DNA of 43,729 nucleotides from a virus (Duplodnaviria; Heunggongvirae; Uroviricota; Caudoviricetes): IMG/VR virus record IMGVR_UViG_2711768013_000010; one strand, 5' to 3'. Shown piece by piece: positions 35,727 to 43,729 of this stretch (position 1 is its first letter; each line of letters starts with the position of its first letter). The notes under the pieces were generated by a model. It saw only the letters and a program-made list of their open reading frames with translations, ran no database searches and was not told where the DNA came from. The position numbers and the translations under genes were made by a program.

Positions 35727-36242
35727 TCACCCCCTGACTCGCTTTTCAGCAGCATAAAACTCATCAGACAGTATTTCGGTCATTTTCTGTTTTGCGGGTT
35801 TTACGCCGCACTGAAGGTAAATCACATCGTCAACGCAGAACCACTTCACAGGGCCAAACAGGATTGCCGAGAAATCAATACCCAACCAGAACAACAGCGC
35901 ATCGGTTCTGGCATACGTGACGGGCGAATATTCACGCCACAGACTGTTCAGTTCATCAGAGGCAACACGCAGGGTTTTAGGGATACGTGATGTGCGCGGT
36001 GTGCAGCTCCAGCCATTCGACGCAGTCGGTTTTCGCCATAAGTCGCGATGAAAAGGATATTTGTCCTCCGTAAAACGCAGTCCCTTAAAGTAAAATCCAC
36101 TGATACCGGATACAAATACCGACCGGCACGCAACATTCAGCACGGCCTCAAGGCGTTTTGCCTCATCCTTAACTTTCTGGCAGTCCTGCTGGTATTTTTG
36201 CCACGCAGCCAGCGCGGAAGGGTTTGATGTTTTAAAGAACAT
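35727..36242 (-). CDS. hypothetical protein
   Basis: 171-aa ORF in the early accessory block. Confidence 0.55.
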   Translation of the reverse strand: MFFKTSNPSALAAWQKYQQDCQKVKDEAKRLEAVLNVACRSVFVSGISGFYFKGLRFTEDKYPFHRDLWRKPTASNGWSCTPRTSRIPKTLRVASDELNSLWREYSPVTYARTDALLFWLGIDFSAILFGPVKWFCVDDVIYLQCGVKPAKQKMTEILSDEFYAAEKRVRG

Positions 36243-36775
36243 TACGCCACCTCCGCAGATATCCCGGCAGGCGCTGCTGTCCGGTCAACAATCAGGTAGC
36301 GCAGAACATGTTCAGTGATATTCCAGCCGCTTAAACCGCAGATAATGACGCCCAGGCGTATGTCGATATACGCCATCACAAACTGGGGCACGCCTTCTTT
36401 CATGGCCTGCTCATCAACTTCAGCCACCACATAAACGGTTTCACAGGTCAGAACGCCCTGAGCAAATTCCCACGCCATCGACGGAATATCATGCCCCTCA
36501 ATCCATGGCAGGGATTTTCTGAAGCCGCACCACTGAACATCATCAGCCGCAGATTCCTGGCTGCATTTGCGACGAACCGGCTGCACCGGGCGGGGACGCG
36601 GAATATCATAAAAACCGTTACATTCCGTCAGCACGCCTGCATCAACCGCATCACGCAGAAAATAAACCATGGAGGATGGCGGCATATTCATTTTTTCAGC
36701 CAGTACACCGCAGGTCAGGCGGCCATAAATACACAGCCAGTTTTTAACCCCTTCAAGCACTTTTGCATCAATCAT
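36242..36775 (-). CDS. hypothetical protein with N-terminal winged-helix-like region
   Basis: 177-aa ORF in the early accessory block. Confidence 0.55.
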   Translation of the reverse strand: MIDAKVLEGVKNWLCIYGRLTCGVLAEKMNMPPSSMVYFLRDAVDAGVLTECNGFYDIPRPRPVQPVRRKCSQESAADDVQWCGFRKSLPWIEGHDIPSMAWEFAQGVLTCETVYVVAEVDEQAMKEGVPQFVMAYIDIRLGVIICGLSGWNITEHVLRYLIVDRTAAPAGISAEVA

Positions 36776-36920
36776 GATTTATTTCCCCACCACATTATTA
36801 ATGACGATATAAACGTATTTCATATTTCTTAACCCTTATTTTCTGTTTTCAGGCGCAAGCAGTCCCCTGACGCGAGCGCCATAATTAAAATGAAGTGATA
36901 TTTAATTGATTAATGCGGTG

Positions 36921-37451
36921 TTATTTATTCAGTCCGGCGTCCTGTTCAAAAGGCTCGACATAAAAACTTTCAGCGCCTTTATTCACCTTGATACCGGCAA
37001 TGCCTTTCACAGCATCCGGCTCCGCCAGGACGGCTTCCTTGTTCACTTCCTCTTTCGTGCGGATGAAACGCTCAAGCCCCATACGGCGCAGCATTTCAAT
37101 CACACCTTCCACATCACGGCTGACGCTGCATGATGGCGTTCCCAGCCGCCATGACACCGTTCCGGTGGTCAGATTGGCTGTTTTGGTTTTGCCGCCGTTC
37201 GTCAGCTCATCACGGTTGGTTTTGCACCAGTCCTGAATCCCTTTAAAAAGCACTTTGATTTGCTTTTTAAGATTTTCAATCTGCGGCGTATAACGGGCGG
37301 TGATTTCTGCCACTTCGTCATTCATCGCCGTTTCCAGGCGCAGCGCCTCTCGCTGAATATCTCCCAGGGTGCGGATATCACGGCTGACTTCTTCCCGGGT
37401 CTGCGGTGCCGCCTCGGCTGCGGCCTTTAATTTTGTAACGCGTTTAGCCAT
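36921..37451 (-). CDS. gam: host-nuclease inhibitor Gam (Ku-like DNA end-binding protein)
   Basis: 176-aa ORF recognised as Mu Gam-like. Confidence 0.85.
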   Translation of the reverse strand: MAKRVTKLKAAAEAAPQTREEVSRDIRTLGDIQREALRLETAMNDEVAEITARYTPQIENLKKQIKVLFKGIQDWCKTNRDELTNGGKTKTANLTTGTVSWRLGTPSCSVSRDVEGVIEMLRRMGLERFIRTKEEVNKEAVLAEPDAVKGIAGIKVNKGAESFYVEPFEQDAGLNK

Positions 37452-37462
37452 TTTGTTTTTCC

Positions 37463-37783
37463 TTATTGCAGTGTGCCTGATGCTTTATGCACGCGGTGGC
37501 GTTTAATGATGGCATCCGCTCCAAAAGACTGTGCAGATGCCTGAAATTCCGCTGAGAGAAACTGAATAATTGCAGGACTGTGATACTGGAGAATACTTGC
37601 ATAAACGTCACAGAGTGACGTCGGCCTGTTATCCGTATCACGTTCTGTTTTCACATCCACTCCAATCTTTTCATGCACTTCAACACAGTCATTGCCTGCC
37701 AACTTTTCGTCATGCGAAACATGATTAAATTCAAAAATAACGCGTACTTTGCTCATGGAATTACCCCTGTTGATTAAATTCAT
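37463..37783 (-). CDS. hypothetical protein, tandem paralog 2
   Basis: 106-aa ORF starting MSKVRVIFEFNHV; paralogous N-terminus to the adjacent gene; AT-rich. Confidence 0.5.
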   Translation of the reverse strand: MNLINRGNSMSKVRVIFEFNHVSHDEKLAGNDCVEVHEKIGVDVKTERDTDNRPTSLCDVYASILQYHSPAIIQFLSAEFQASAQSFGADAIIKRHRVHKASGTLQ

Positions 37784-38033
37784 TACCGTTAATAACCCCG
37801 GAAGCCATGCCTCTGTCTTTCATGAATGCACTGGCTTTCATTGCCACAAACTCTGCGAAGTTTCTGCTTTCTGCCAGCATAACCACCCCAAAAATCATGG
37901 CGGGTCCATTATCTTTCTTCTTTATTCCGGTTGAACGTATATCCAGACTTACCCCTCTGTGCGTGCTGCCATCAGAGTTTTTGCAGATAACATCTTCCTT
38001 GTATTCGAAAATAATGCGTACGACTTTACTCAT
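37761..38033 (-). CDS. hypothetical protein, tandem paralog 1
   Basis: 90-aa ORF starting MSKVVRIIFEYKEDV; AT-rich. Confidence 0.5.
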   Translation of the reverse strand: MSKVVRIIFEYKEDVICKNSDGSTHRGVSLDIRSTGIKKKDNGPAMIFGVVMLAESRNFAEFVAMKASAFMKDRGMASGVINGNEFNQQG

Positions 38034-38311
38034 CCTCTGGTCCTCGTTCTGTTTGGATAACTGACCCGGCGTCTAACCTCACGGCAGAACCGAATCATGG
38101 CATTAAAGGCTTCTTCCTCCGTCACCGCTTCCGGTATCCCCGGAACCAGTAACTGCTCCTGTTCATCACGTCCATGACGCGCCATAACCTCAATCACATG
38201 CCGTACCGTGGCAGGCTTTCCGGCAACTATCGGCAATGCACCTTCCGGCAGGACGTAACCAAACTCAATAAGACCACTCGACCACGCCCATGCAATGAGA
38301 TTTTTTTTCAC
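38030..38311 (-). CDS. hypothetical protein
   Basis: 93-aa ORF, early accessory block. Confidence 0.5.
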   Translation of the reverse strand: MKKNLIAWAWSSGLIEFGYVLPEGALPIVAGKPATVRHVIEVMARHGRDEQEQLLVPGIPEAVTEEEAFNAMIRFCREVRRRVSYPNRTRTRG

Positions 38312-38312
38312 C

Positions 38313-38579
38313 TCACACCTCCCAGTAAACCGTGCAGCCGCTGATGCGGGTGGCCTTCACACGGCGGCGCAGGCCGTTGGTCTGTATGGTGATTTCAATT
38401 TCACCGGTTCCCTGCACGTTGCCTACCGGCGGCGTGGTTTTCAGTGCAAAACGTTGCGGATAGCGCTTACTGCGTTCCAGTACCGCACCGGCAAGTTCGG
38501 TCAGACGGCGCGCGCTGTTCAGGGAGTCGAATAAATTCATTTTGTTACCGCAGGATTGCATATTCATATAACACCTCAT
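38313..38579 (-). CDS. hypothetical protein
   Basis: 88-aa ORF, early accessory block. Confidence 0.5.
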   Translation of the reverse strand: MRCYMNMQSCGNKMNLFDSLNSARRLTELAGAVLERSKRYPQRFALKTTPPVGNVQGTGEIEITIQTNGLRRRVKATRISGCTVYWEV

Positions 38580-38807
38580 TTAGCTGACTTGTTTCGCACC
38601 AACAGAACGGCATATTCCGCTGTAAACTTCTGTCGCACCTTCGCGATCAAGTCCGGCAGATATCACCATTCGTGTGCGGTCATTAAATTCAAAAAGTAAA
38701 TCGCCACATTCTTTATTTTCGGCCAGTGAAATCACCTTCACGTTATCGAAATTAACCAGGTAAAAGCGTCCGTAAATATCAGGAATATTAAATACCGCCA
38801 TAATCAC
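38580..38807 (-). CDS. hypothetical protein at the position of Mu kil (first gene after B)
   Basis: 75-aa ORF immediately downstream of B; positional inference only. Confidence 0.45.
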   Translation of the reverse strand: MIMAVFNIPDIYGRFYLVNFDNVKVISLAENKECGDLLFEFNDRTRMVISAGLDREGATEVYSGICRSVGAKQVS

Positions 38808-39745
38808 ACCTGTGAGAGTAATTCAGGGTTGGTATAAACCTCTTTAAAGGCCGCATTAATATGTTTTTCTGTCAGCGCCGCGCCTTCACCGCTGGCGGTG
38901 AGCCACGCCTGGTTAAGCGTATGTGTCAGAACGCGTAACGCTCCCGGCTTTTCAGCGATAGCCTGCATGACGGCCAGCTCGGCCTCACCACTGATCCCCC
39001 ACGCCATGGCAATGGCCAGCACATCCGCCTTTTTGGCCTTGCGAAGTTGTTTTGTACGGGCAAGACGGCTGAACAGGCGCGATAAATCATCAAAGGCGCG
39101 GCGTCCACCTTTAAACAATCCGCGCGGGTTACCAATAAGCACCATCCCGATCCCCGTGGCGTCCTGAATTGCCCGGAGTTGCTCCAGACCGTCAATACCA
39201 AGATGATCCGCCTCATCCACAATCACCAGTCCACGCGTTCCCATCAGGCGACGGCGGATGGCGCGGGATAATGCCCCTTTGTTCGCGCGGGTGTAATCAA
39301 TCCCCAGCGCATCGGCCAGCTCCAGCAGACACTCCGTGACGCTGGAGTGCGCGGGTGACAGGGTGATCATCCAGGTGTTTGGTTGCTCCTGGCAGTAATT
39401 ACGGGCAGTGGCCGTTTTACCCACACCCGGTACGCCCACAATAACGTTAATACAGCCCATCAGGCGAACCGCCTGAAACAGTGCGCGCAGCTCCTGGACT
39501 GTCTGAGTTTCCACAAACTGCGGCGGTTCCGGCAGTGCGCTTTGTTTATTCCAGTTCTCATACCAGGAGCGCAGGGAAGCAGCCACAGCAGCGTTATCGC
39601 CTTTATATTTTCCCTTACGGAAAGCCGATAATGTGCCGTCGGAAATTCCCGCCTCTCTGGCGATGGCATACTGCGTCAGTACGCCGCCATCAATAAGTTC
39701 ATCAATGGTCTTGATTACATCGTTAATATCGGTCATATTATTCAC
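38804..39745 (-). CDS. transposition target-DNA activator B (AAA+ ATPase, MuB-like)
   Basis: Walker A GVPGVGKT, Walker B VIVDEADHL, N-terminal HTH; directly downstream of transposase A. Confidence 0.85.
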   Translation of the reverse strand: MNNMTDINDVIKTIDELIDGGVLTQYAIAREAGISDGTLSAFRKGKYKGDNAAVAASLRSWYENWNKQSALPEPPQFVETQTVQELRALFQAVRLMGCINVIVGVPGVGKTATARNYCQEQPNTWMITLSPAHSSVTECLLELADALGIDYTRANKGALSRAIRRRLMGTRGLVIVDEADHLGIDGLEQLRAIQDATGIGMVLIGNPRGLFKGGRRAFDDLSRLFSRLARTKQLRKAKKADVLAIAMAWGISGEAELAVMQAIAEKPGALRVLTHTLNQAWLTASGEGAALTEKHINAAFKEVYTNPELLSQV

Positions 39746-39818
39746 CTCGCTTGAGACAGCATTCTCCGAGACTGAAACCTCAAATAACCTGAGTCACCCC
39801 TCGGGTTATTTTTTTATT

Positions 39819-41906
39819 TCAGGCCAGCGGATCACTTTCTTTTAATTTCGCTTCGAGCAGTTGCAATCCCCGCTGGAAATTACGCTCGTATTCTTCATCA
39901 GGTTCATCGTCAGCGACCGGTTGCTGAACGGTCACCGTATTACCCACAGGGCGGTATATGTTTTCCAGCCAGGGCTCCTGCGGCTTGTGCTCCAGCACGT
40001 TGACAACCTCATCCTCGGCATCACGGATTTTTTCCTCTGCGCGTTTACGCATGCCTTTAAGGCGCTGCTGCTGTTTGTAGTATTCCGCGCTGACAGGGAA
40101 GGCTTCGCGTTTATTGCCGTCCCATACCGCCTCGCAAATCACGCTGCCATCCGGGCGGCGCACGGTAATTCGTTCGGCATCATGAATGTCATAGCTGATA
40201 AGTACCTTACGGCCATGCTCGTCACGCAGCTCGGGCGCGTAGTAAATATTATTCAGCCAGCGTATTTCACAGCGTCTTACAGGGCGCTCCACCATCGGCC
40301 GGAACATATCCCGCAGTTCAACATCGGACAGCCATTCAATTTCCGTGTCCTCTTCCGCCAGGCGTTTTTTTCTGAACTCCGCCGGGCTGTAATGTTTACC
40401 GTTCGGCTTCATGGGTAATTCATCGTGCGGCCGGTTGTTGTACCACTCAACACCGTCACGAATGGCATCAATCAGTTCAGACCAGGACGGTAAATCACGC
40501 ATCGCTGACTGCTGCCGGGCGTTCAGCCGTTTGCCCTGTTGCAGGGCACTGAATGCCGAGCGTAAATCGCGGTTGGTTTTACGTAACGTCTCGCGATCTG
40601 CTCCTTTCCCGAAATAGGTGCGGTATTTACGGGCTATGCGCATCGGTAATGTGCGGTTAAGCCGTTCGATAATGCCCCGTCCCTGCGGATTACCGGCAAT
40701 CCCTGTCGGGTGATTAATCCCCAGTCGTGGCAGTATCCCCACAATCTCCTTATCCAGGACGTCGGCGGTTTCCCCGGAGCCATTATCCGAGTAATACAGA
40801 AACGGTTTGCCATGATGGCGAATACCGTGCTGTATGGCACCGGCTACGGCGAAAACATTTTCAGCCAGGTCAAGGCTCCAGCCCACCACAAAGCGCGTGC
40901 CACCGTCGATAACAAAGGTCACTTCCGGTGCGAATGGCCGCCCGTGAACCGGGTGCGCGCATTTCAGCTTCATGCCGTGACCGTCACCAATCCAGACATA
41001 ATTCACCGGCATTCTGGACCAGTCGCGGCGCGTGAATCCCTCAAGCTGACGGTATTCACTGCCAGTTACCCGGCCTTTTTGTTTCACCACTTCCGGCAGT
41101 TTCTTCATTGCGCGGCGAATGGTGTCATAAGAGGGCATGATATCGAGCATATAAGGCTCATCAGCGTGCCGGTGCTGCCATTCAGCAACAAAATCCTCGT
41201 AAGCCTCGGTCATTGGTCGGCCGTTTGACTGGCGATACTGCGCCAGAAATTCGGGCAGCCAGTTAATATCTTCGGCTTTTATTTCCTGGCGTTTACCCGG
41301 TGCCAGTAAAAGCAGGCGTTCAGCGGCGTTCTGTGCCTTGTTAAAGGCCGCAATCCAGCGTTTCAGCGTGATTTCACTCAACGCGCGGCTGTTTCCCTTT
41401 TTGGCGTTCGCCGTCTCAACCATTGCCACAATGCGCTCGTCCAGTTGTGATCGTGCCAGGCTGTTAACGAGGAACCGGATAGCTTTAGCGCAGCTGAAAC
41501 CGGGTTGTTGCGTGAATTTCAGCACCTCACTGACGATCGCAATGCGTGCGTCTGCCACCTGGCGCTGGTTTTCAGTCAGGGCATTGAGGCGTTCGACCAT
41601 CAGTTGTGGTGATCCGCGATATGCCTCCACCGCATCAACCACGGCAGACGAGCGTCTGGCCTTTGTCACCACCGGAGCCGGTGATTCATCGGCTTTTTGC
41701 GTCATCAGTTGCAGGGCATAACGTTCGCGTAATGCCTGCTGTGTCACTTCAGGTAAACAGTCAATGCTGTATTCAAAACCTTTAGCGCCTTTCTTGCGGC
41801 GTCTGCTGGTTTCGCTGGTTGCATACTTCCTGATTGAATAGCGAACGCCTTGCTCCGTTCCCGGCATCCCCGGTAATCCAACCAGTTCTTTAACTGAAGC
41901 AAACAT
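39819..41906 (-). CDS. DDE transposase A (MuA-like)
   Basis: 695-aa ORF, MuA family by recognition; between ner and B. Confidence 0.9.
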   Translation of the reverse strand: MFASVKELVGLPGMPGTEQGVRYSIRKYATSETSRRRKKGAKGFEYSIDCLPEVTQQALRERYALQLMTQKADESPAPVVTKARRSSAVVDAVEAYRGSPQLMVERLNALTENQRQVADARIAIVSEVLKFTQQPGFSCAKAIRFLVNSLARSQLDERIVAMVETANAKKGNSRALSEITLKRWIAAFNKAQNAAERLLLLAPGKRQEIKAEDINWLPEFLAQYRQSNGRPMTEAYEDFVAEWQHRHADEPYMLDIMPSYDTIRRAMKKLPEVVKQKGRVTGSEYRQLEGFTRRDWSRMPVNYVWIGDGHGMKLKCAHPVHGRPFAPEVTFVIDGGTRFVVGWSLDLAENVFAVAGAIQHGIRHHGKPFLYYSDNGSGETADVLDKEIVGILPRLGINHPTGIAGNPQGRGIIERLNRTLPMRIARKYRTYFGKGADRETLRKTNRDLRSAFSALQQGKRLNARQQSAMRDLPSWSELIDAIRDGVEWYNNRPHDELPMKPNGKHYSPAEFRKKRLAEEDTEIEWLSDVELRDMFRPMVERPVRRCEIRWLNNIYYAPELRDEHGRKVLISYDIHDAERITVRRPDGSVICEAVWDGNKREAFPVSAEYYKQQQRLKGMRKRAEEKIRDAEDEVVNVLEHKPQEPWLENIYRPVGNTVTVQQPVADDEPDEEYERNFQRGLQLLEAKLKESDPLA

Positions 41907-41908
41907 AA

Positions 41909-42139
41909 TTACGCGACCTTACGAATGTAGCGGCTGGGCCAAATCTCCTCGGGCGGCACCCCCAGGCATTCCGCGATAATCCCCTCATACTTGGGAACAT
42001 GGCGGTATACCGCGTTGTACAGATTGTTCTGACCCACGCCAGCTTTACGGGCCAGCGCCCTCATGCTTCCTTCTCTGGCTCTGACTTCCCCCAAAATTCT
42101 TTGAGGATGCCAATCAGGCTTAACTTCATTTCTCGCCAT
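41909..42139 (-). CDS. ner: Ner-like DNA-binding regulator
   Basis: 76-aa ORF of the Ner/Nlp family by recognition; divergent from repressor gene. Confidence 0.85.
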   Translation of the reverse strand: MARNEVKPDWHPQRILGEVRAREGSMRALARKAGVGQNNLYNAVYRHVPKYEGIIAECLGVPPEEIWPSRYIRKVA

Positions 42140-42168
42140 GATTCATCTATCCTAAAAAGTTACGAAAT

Positions 42169-42192
42169 TTGATAACTAAACTTAGTTATCAA
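42169..42192. promoter_or_regulatory. operator candidate: 11-bp perfect inverted repeat TTGATAACTAA-AC-TTAGTTATCAA in the ner-c intergenic region
   Basis: Palindrome read directly from the sequence; a second inverted pair ATTGATCCAC..GTGGATCAAT (~42207 and ~42262) lies nearby. Confidence 0.45.
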
Positions 42193-42324
42193 GTTTGATA
42201 TAAGTATTGATCCACTTCTGCTTCATGTAAAGCAAAAAAAACATCTTTCTTTTGTCTATTGTGGATCAATGGTTGCTGACAACACTAAAAGTTAATAATT
42301 TCAAATTGATAGGAAGAAAAGAAA

Positions 42325-42870
42325 ATGAACAAGCAAACAACAACATCTCTTTCTTTTCCTGGTGGTAGAAAAGAAAGCATTGCTGAGCGTCTGAAAAGGC
42401 TGATTGGCTCCCGCAGCGTCAGAGCTGCAGCAAGAGATTGGGGGCTTTCATTTTCAACACTAAACAATTATCTGTCTCGTGGCACTGAGCCATCCTTAAG
42501 TGTCGCCCTTCAGATTGCGTCTATCGAAGGAGTAAGTGTTGAGTGGCTATGTGGATTCAGTGATGCATCACAAGTGAATCGGTGTGAGATCAAGGAAAAT
42601 CAAGATGAAAGCAAGAAGATAATTATGACGATTATCAGCGCACTTGATGAAAAAGACTTAGAGCAGCTATCGAAAAATTTGGTTCTGAATGGAGCCAAGT
42701 ACTTAGCTCGGTTGTTAGAGCCTGAAAATCAAGATCTAATCCGCTTAGAAGGAAGGAAAAGAATAGCTGCATTACAGCTTGAAGGTATGTCTGACGAACG
42801 CGTCAGAGAGATTTTGGAAGAAACTGAGAGAAGTCGCAAATCTAACGCGGTAGAACCAAAAGCGGGTTAA
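42325..42870 (+). CDS. prophage repressor (Mu c-like, HTH DNA-binding)
   Basis: 181-aa ORF with N-terminal HTH (LSFSTLNNYLSRGTEPSLSVALQIASIEGVSVEWL), divergent from ner and adjacent to the left end. Confidence 0.75.
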   Translation: MNKQTTTSLSFPGGRKESIAERLKRLIGSRSVRAAARDWGLSFSTLNNYLSRGTEPSLSVALQIASIEGVSVEWLCGFSDASQVNRCEIKENQDESKKIIMTIISALDEKDLEQLSKNLVLNGAKYLARLLEPENQDLIRLEGRKRIAALQLEGMSDERVREILEETERSRKSNAVEPKAG

Positions 42871-42943
42871 TAGCATTAGCCCGCATTTTGCACTATATCG
42901 AGTATTTCGCATTGTTTGGAACGCCTTAAAAGACTAAAACCAC

Positions 42944-43099
42944 AGTATCAAATGAGTTGCCGATTTTATAATAAATGACTAATTATTGCACAATCGGTAT
43001 CAAATAGACCTTATCCGCACATCTAGCCATCACCTGTTTTATTTCAGTATCTTACAGGTGATTTCACCTCCTTTCACTAAACCCCTTGTCGGTATCAAA
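42944..43099. repeat. left-end transposase-binding-site candidates: three inverted copies of TTTGATAC(C/T)
   Basis: AGTATCAAA (~42944), CGGTATCAAA (~42995), CGGTATCAAA (~43090) on the plus strand. Confidence 0.55.
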
Positions 43100-43103
43100 T
43101 GAT

Positions 43104-43427
43104 TCACCTGGTTATATGTCGCCAGTCGATACCTTCCAGCAGCATCGCCAGCTGCGCCTGTGTAAGGAACACTTTGCCATCACGGGCTGACGGCCAGGCG
43201 AAGCGCCCACGCTCCAGCCGTTTGGTCAGGAGGCACAGTCCGTCACTGGTGGACCACAGCAGTTTAACCTGACTGCCGCTGCGGCCCCGGAAAATGAAAA
43301 CATGGCCGGACATGGGATCGTCTTTCAGCGCCGTCTGTACTTTCGCAGCCAGGCCGTTGAAGCCATTTCTCATATCGGTGATACCGGCAACCAGCCAAAT
43401 TTTGATCCCGGAAGGTAACGGGATCAT
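43104..43427 (-). CDS. IS66-family accessory protein TnpB (orf2)
   Basis: 107-aa ORF MIPLPSGIKIWLVAGITDMRNGFNGLAAKVQ.. recognised as IS66 orf2; C-terminus probably altered at the junction. Confidence 0.85.
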   Translation of the reverse strand: MIPLPSGIKIWLVAGITDMRNGFNGLAAKVQTALKDDPMSGHVFIFRGRSGSQVKLLWSTSDGLCLLTKRLERGRFAWPSARDGKVFLTQAQLAMLLEGIDWRHITR

Positions 43428-43729
43428 CGCTTCAGTTCCTGTATCAGCAGAGTCAGGAGCTTTTCGCTGACATTGCCATTGAAGCGGAGCGTCCCGTGCC
43501 GGAACGTTACCTCACAGCTGATACTGAGGGTTTTCGGGTCCTCTGCGAGCGATTCTGGCTGTTCGGCAGCTGCATCGAGAGTCACAGGAAGTAGCTGGGG
43601 GCTCTCTGAAGAAGGTAATAGCTGAGGTGTACTGGCAATAGCGGACACTACCATTTGTTCTTTTTTTAAGCAGCCATCTGATGATATTTTTCCCTGAAGG
43701 CTGCCGGGGAGATATTCCCCAGACGAGAG
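43107..43729. mobile_element. IS66-family insertion sequence, left part (orf1/orf2), continues beyond window
   Basis: Two overlapping minus-strand ORFs of IS66 orf1/orf2 type; transposase orf3 is missing downstream and replaced by the Mu-like prophage left end. Confidence 0.7.
43424..43729 (-). CDS. IS66-family accessory protein TnpA (orf1), 5' end beyond window
   Basis: ORF overlaps orf2 start by 4 nt; frame is open upstream to the window edge. Confidence 0.6.
   Translation of the reverse strand, partial: LSSGEYLPGSLQGKISSDGCLKKEQMVVSAIASTPQLLPSSESPQLLPVTLDAAAEQPESLAEDPKTLSISCEVTFRHGTLRFNGNVSEKLLTLLIQELKR

Larger units (their letters stand above)
4617..43106. mobile_element. Mu-like transposable prophage (~38.5 kb), reverse orientation; boundaries approximate (+/- ~30 bp)
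   Basis: Complete Mu-type gene order on the minus strand: c, ner, A, B, early accessory genes, gam, gemA, mor/C, lys, terminase, portal, F, G, I, T, sheath, tube, tape measure, N/P/baseplate, S/U tail fibre, gin-like invertase, com-mom. Triplicated TTTGATAC(C/T) motifs at both ends in inverted orientation. Confidence 0.85.

Noticed and set aside
1-43729. CRISPR arrays or cas genes
   Set aside because: No regularly spaced direct repeats of 25-40 bp and no Cas-like ORFs were seen; the only repeats are the prophage end motifs and short palindromes.

Overview
Enterobacterial (E. coli-like) chromosome at the ratB-ratA-smpB-ssrA locus, followed by nested mobile DNA. (1) Host genes yfjF/ratB, ratA, smpB and the 363-nt tmRNA gene ssrA (1711..2073). 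(2) Directly after ssrA, the distal end of a prophage remnant: a tail-fibre C-terminal fragment and a tail-fibre chaperone on the minus strand. (3) That tail-fibre gene appears to be cut by an IS66-family element, of which only the right end (putative inverted repeat starting GTAAGCG at ~4036, TnpC C-terminal fragment) and the left part (orf1/orf2, 43104..43729) are present. (4) Between the two IS66 pieces sits a ~38.5 kb Mu-like transposable prophage (~4617..43106) in reverse orientation: c repressor, ner, A and B transposition genes, a block of ~12 small uncharacterised early genes, gam, gemA, one Mor/C-family activator, lysis cassette, terminase, portal, head, sheath/tube/tape-measure/baseplate genes, tail fibre with chaperone, a Gin-like serine invertase, then com-mom at the right end. 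Both prophage ends carry three copies of a TTTGATAC(C/T) motif in inverted orientation. Beyond the Mu core the prophage holds a 684-aa NanS-p-like SGNH O-acetylesterase and small AT-rich genes between the invertase and com-mom. A 96-nt N run (9682..9777) lies exactly at the invertase start and candidate inversion junction. No single system here can be shown to be new from sequence alone; the best candidates are the uncharacterised early-region cluster (34198..38807) and the esterase-containing cargo region (5897..9029). Coordinates taken from the ORF track are reliable; those I derived by hand (starts trimmed to internal codons, RNA and repeat positions) may be off by a few nt.
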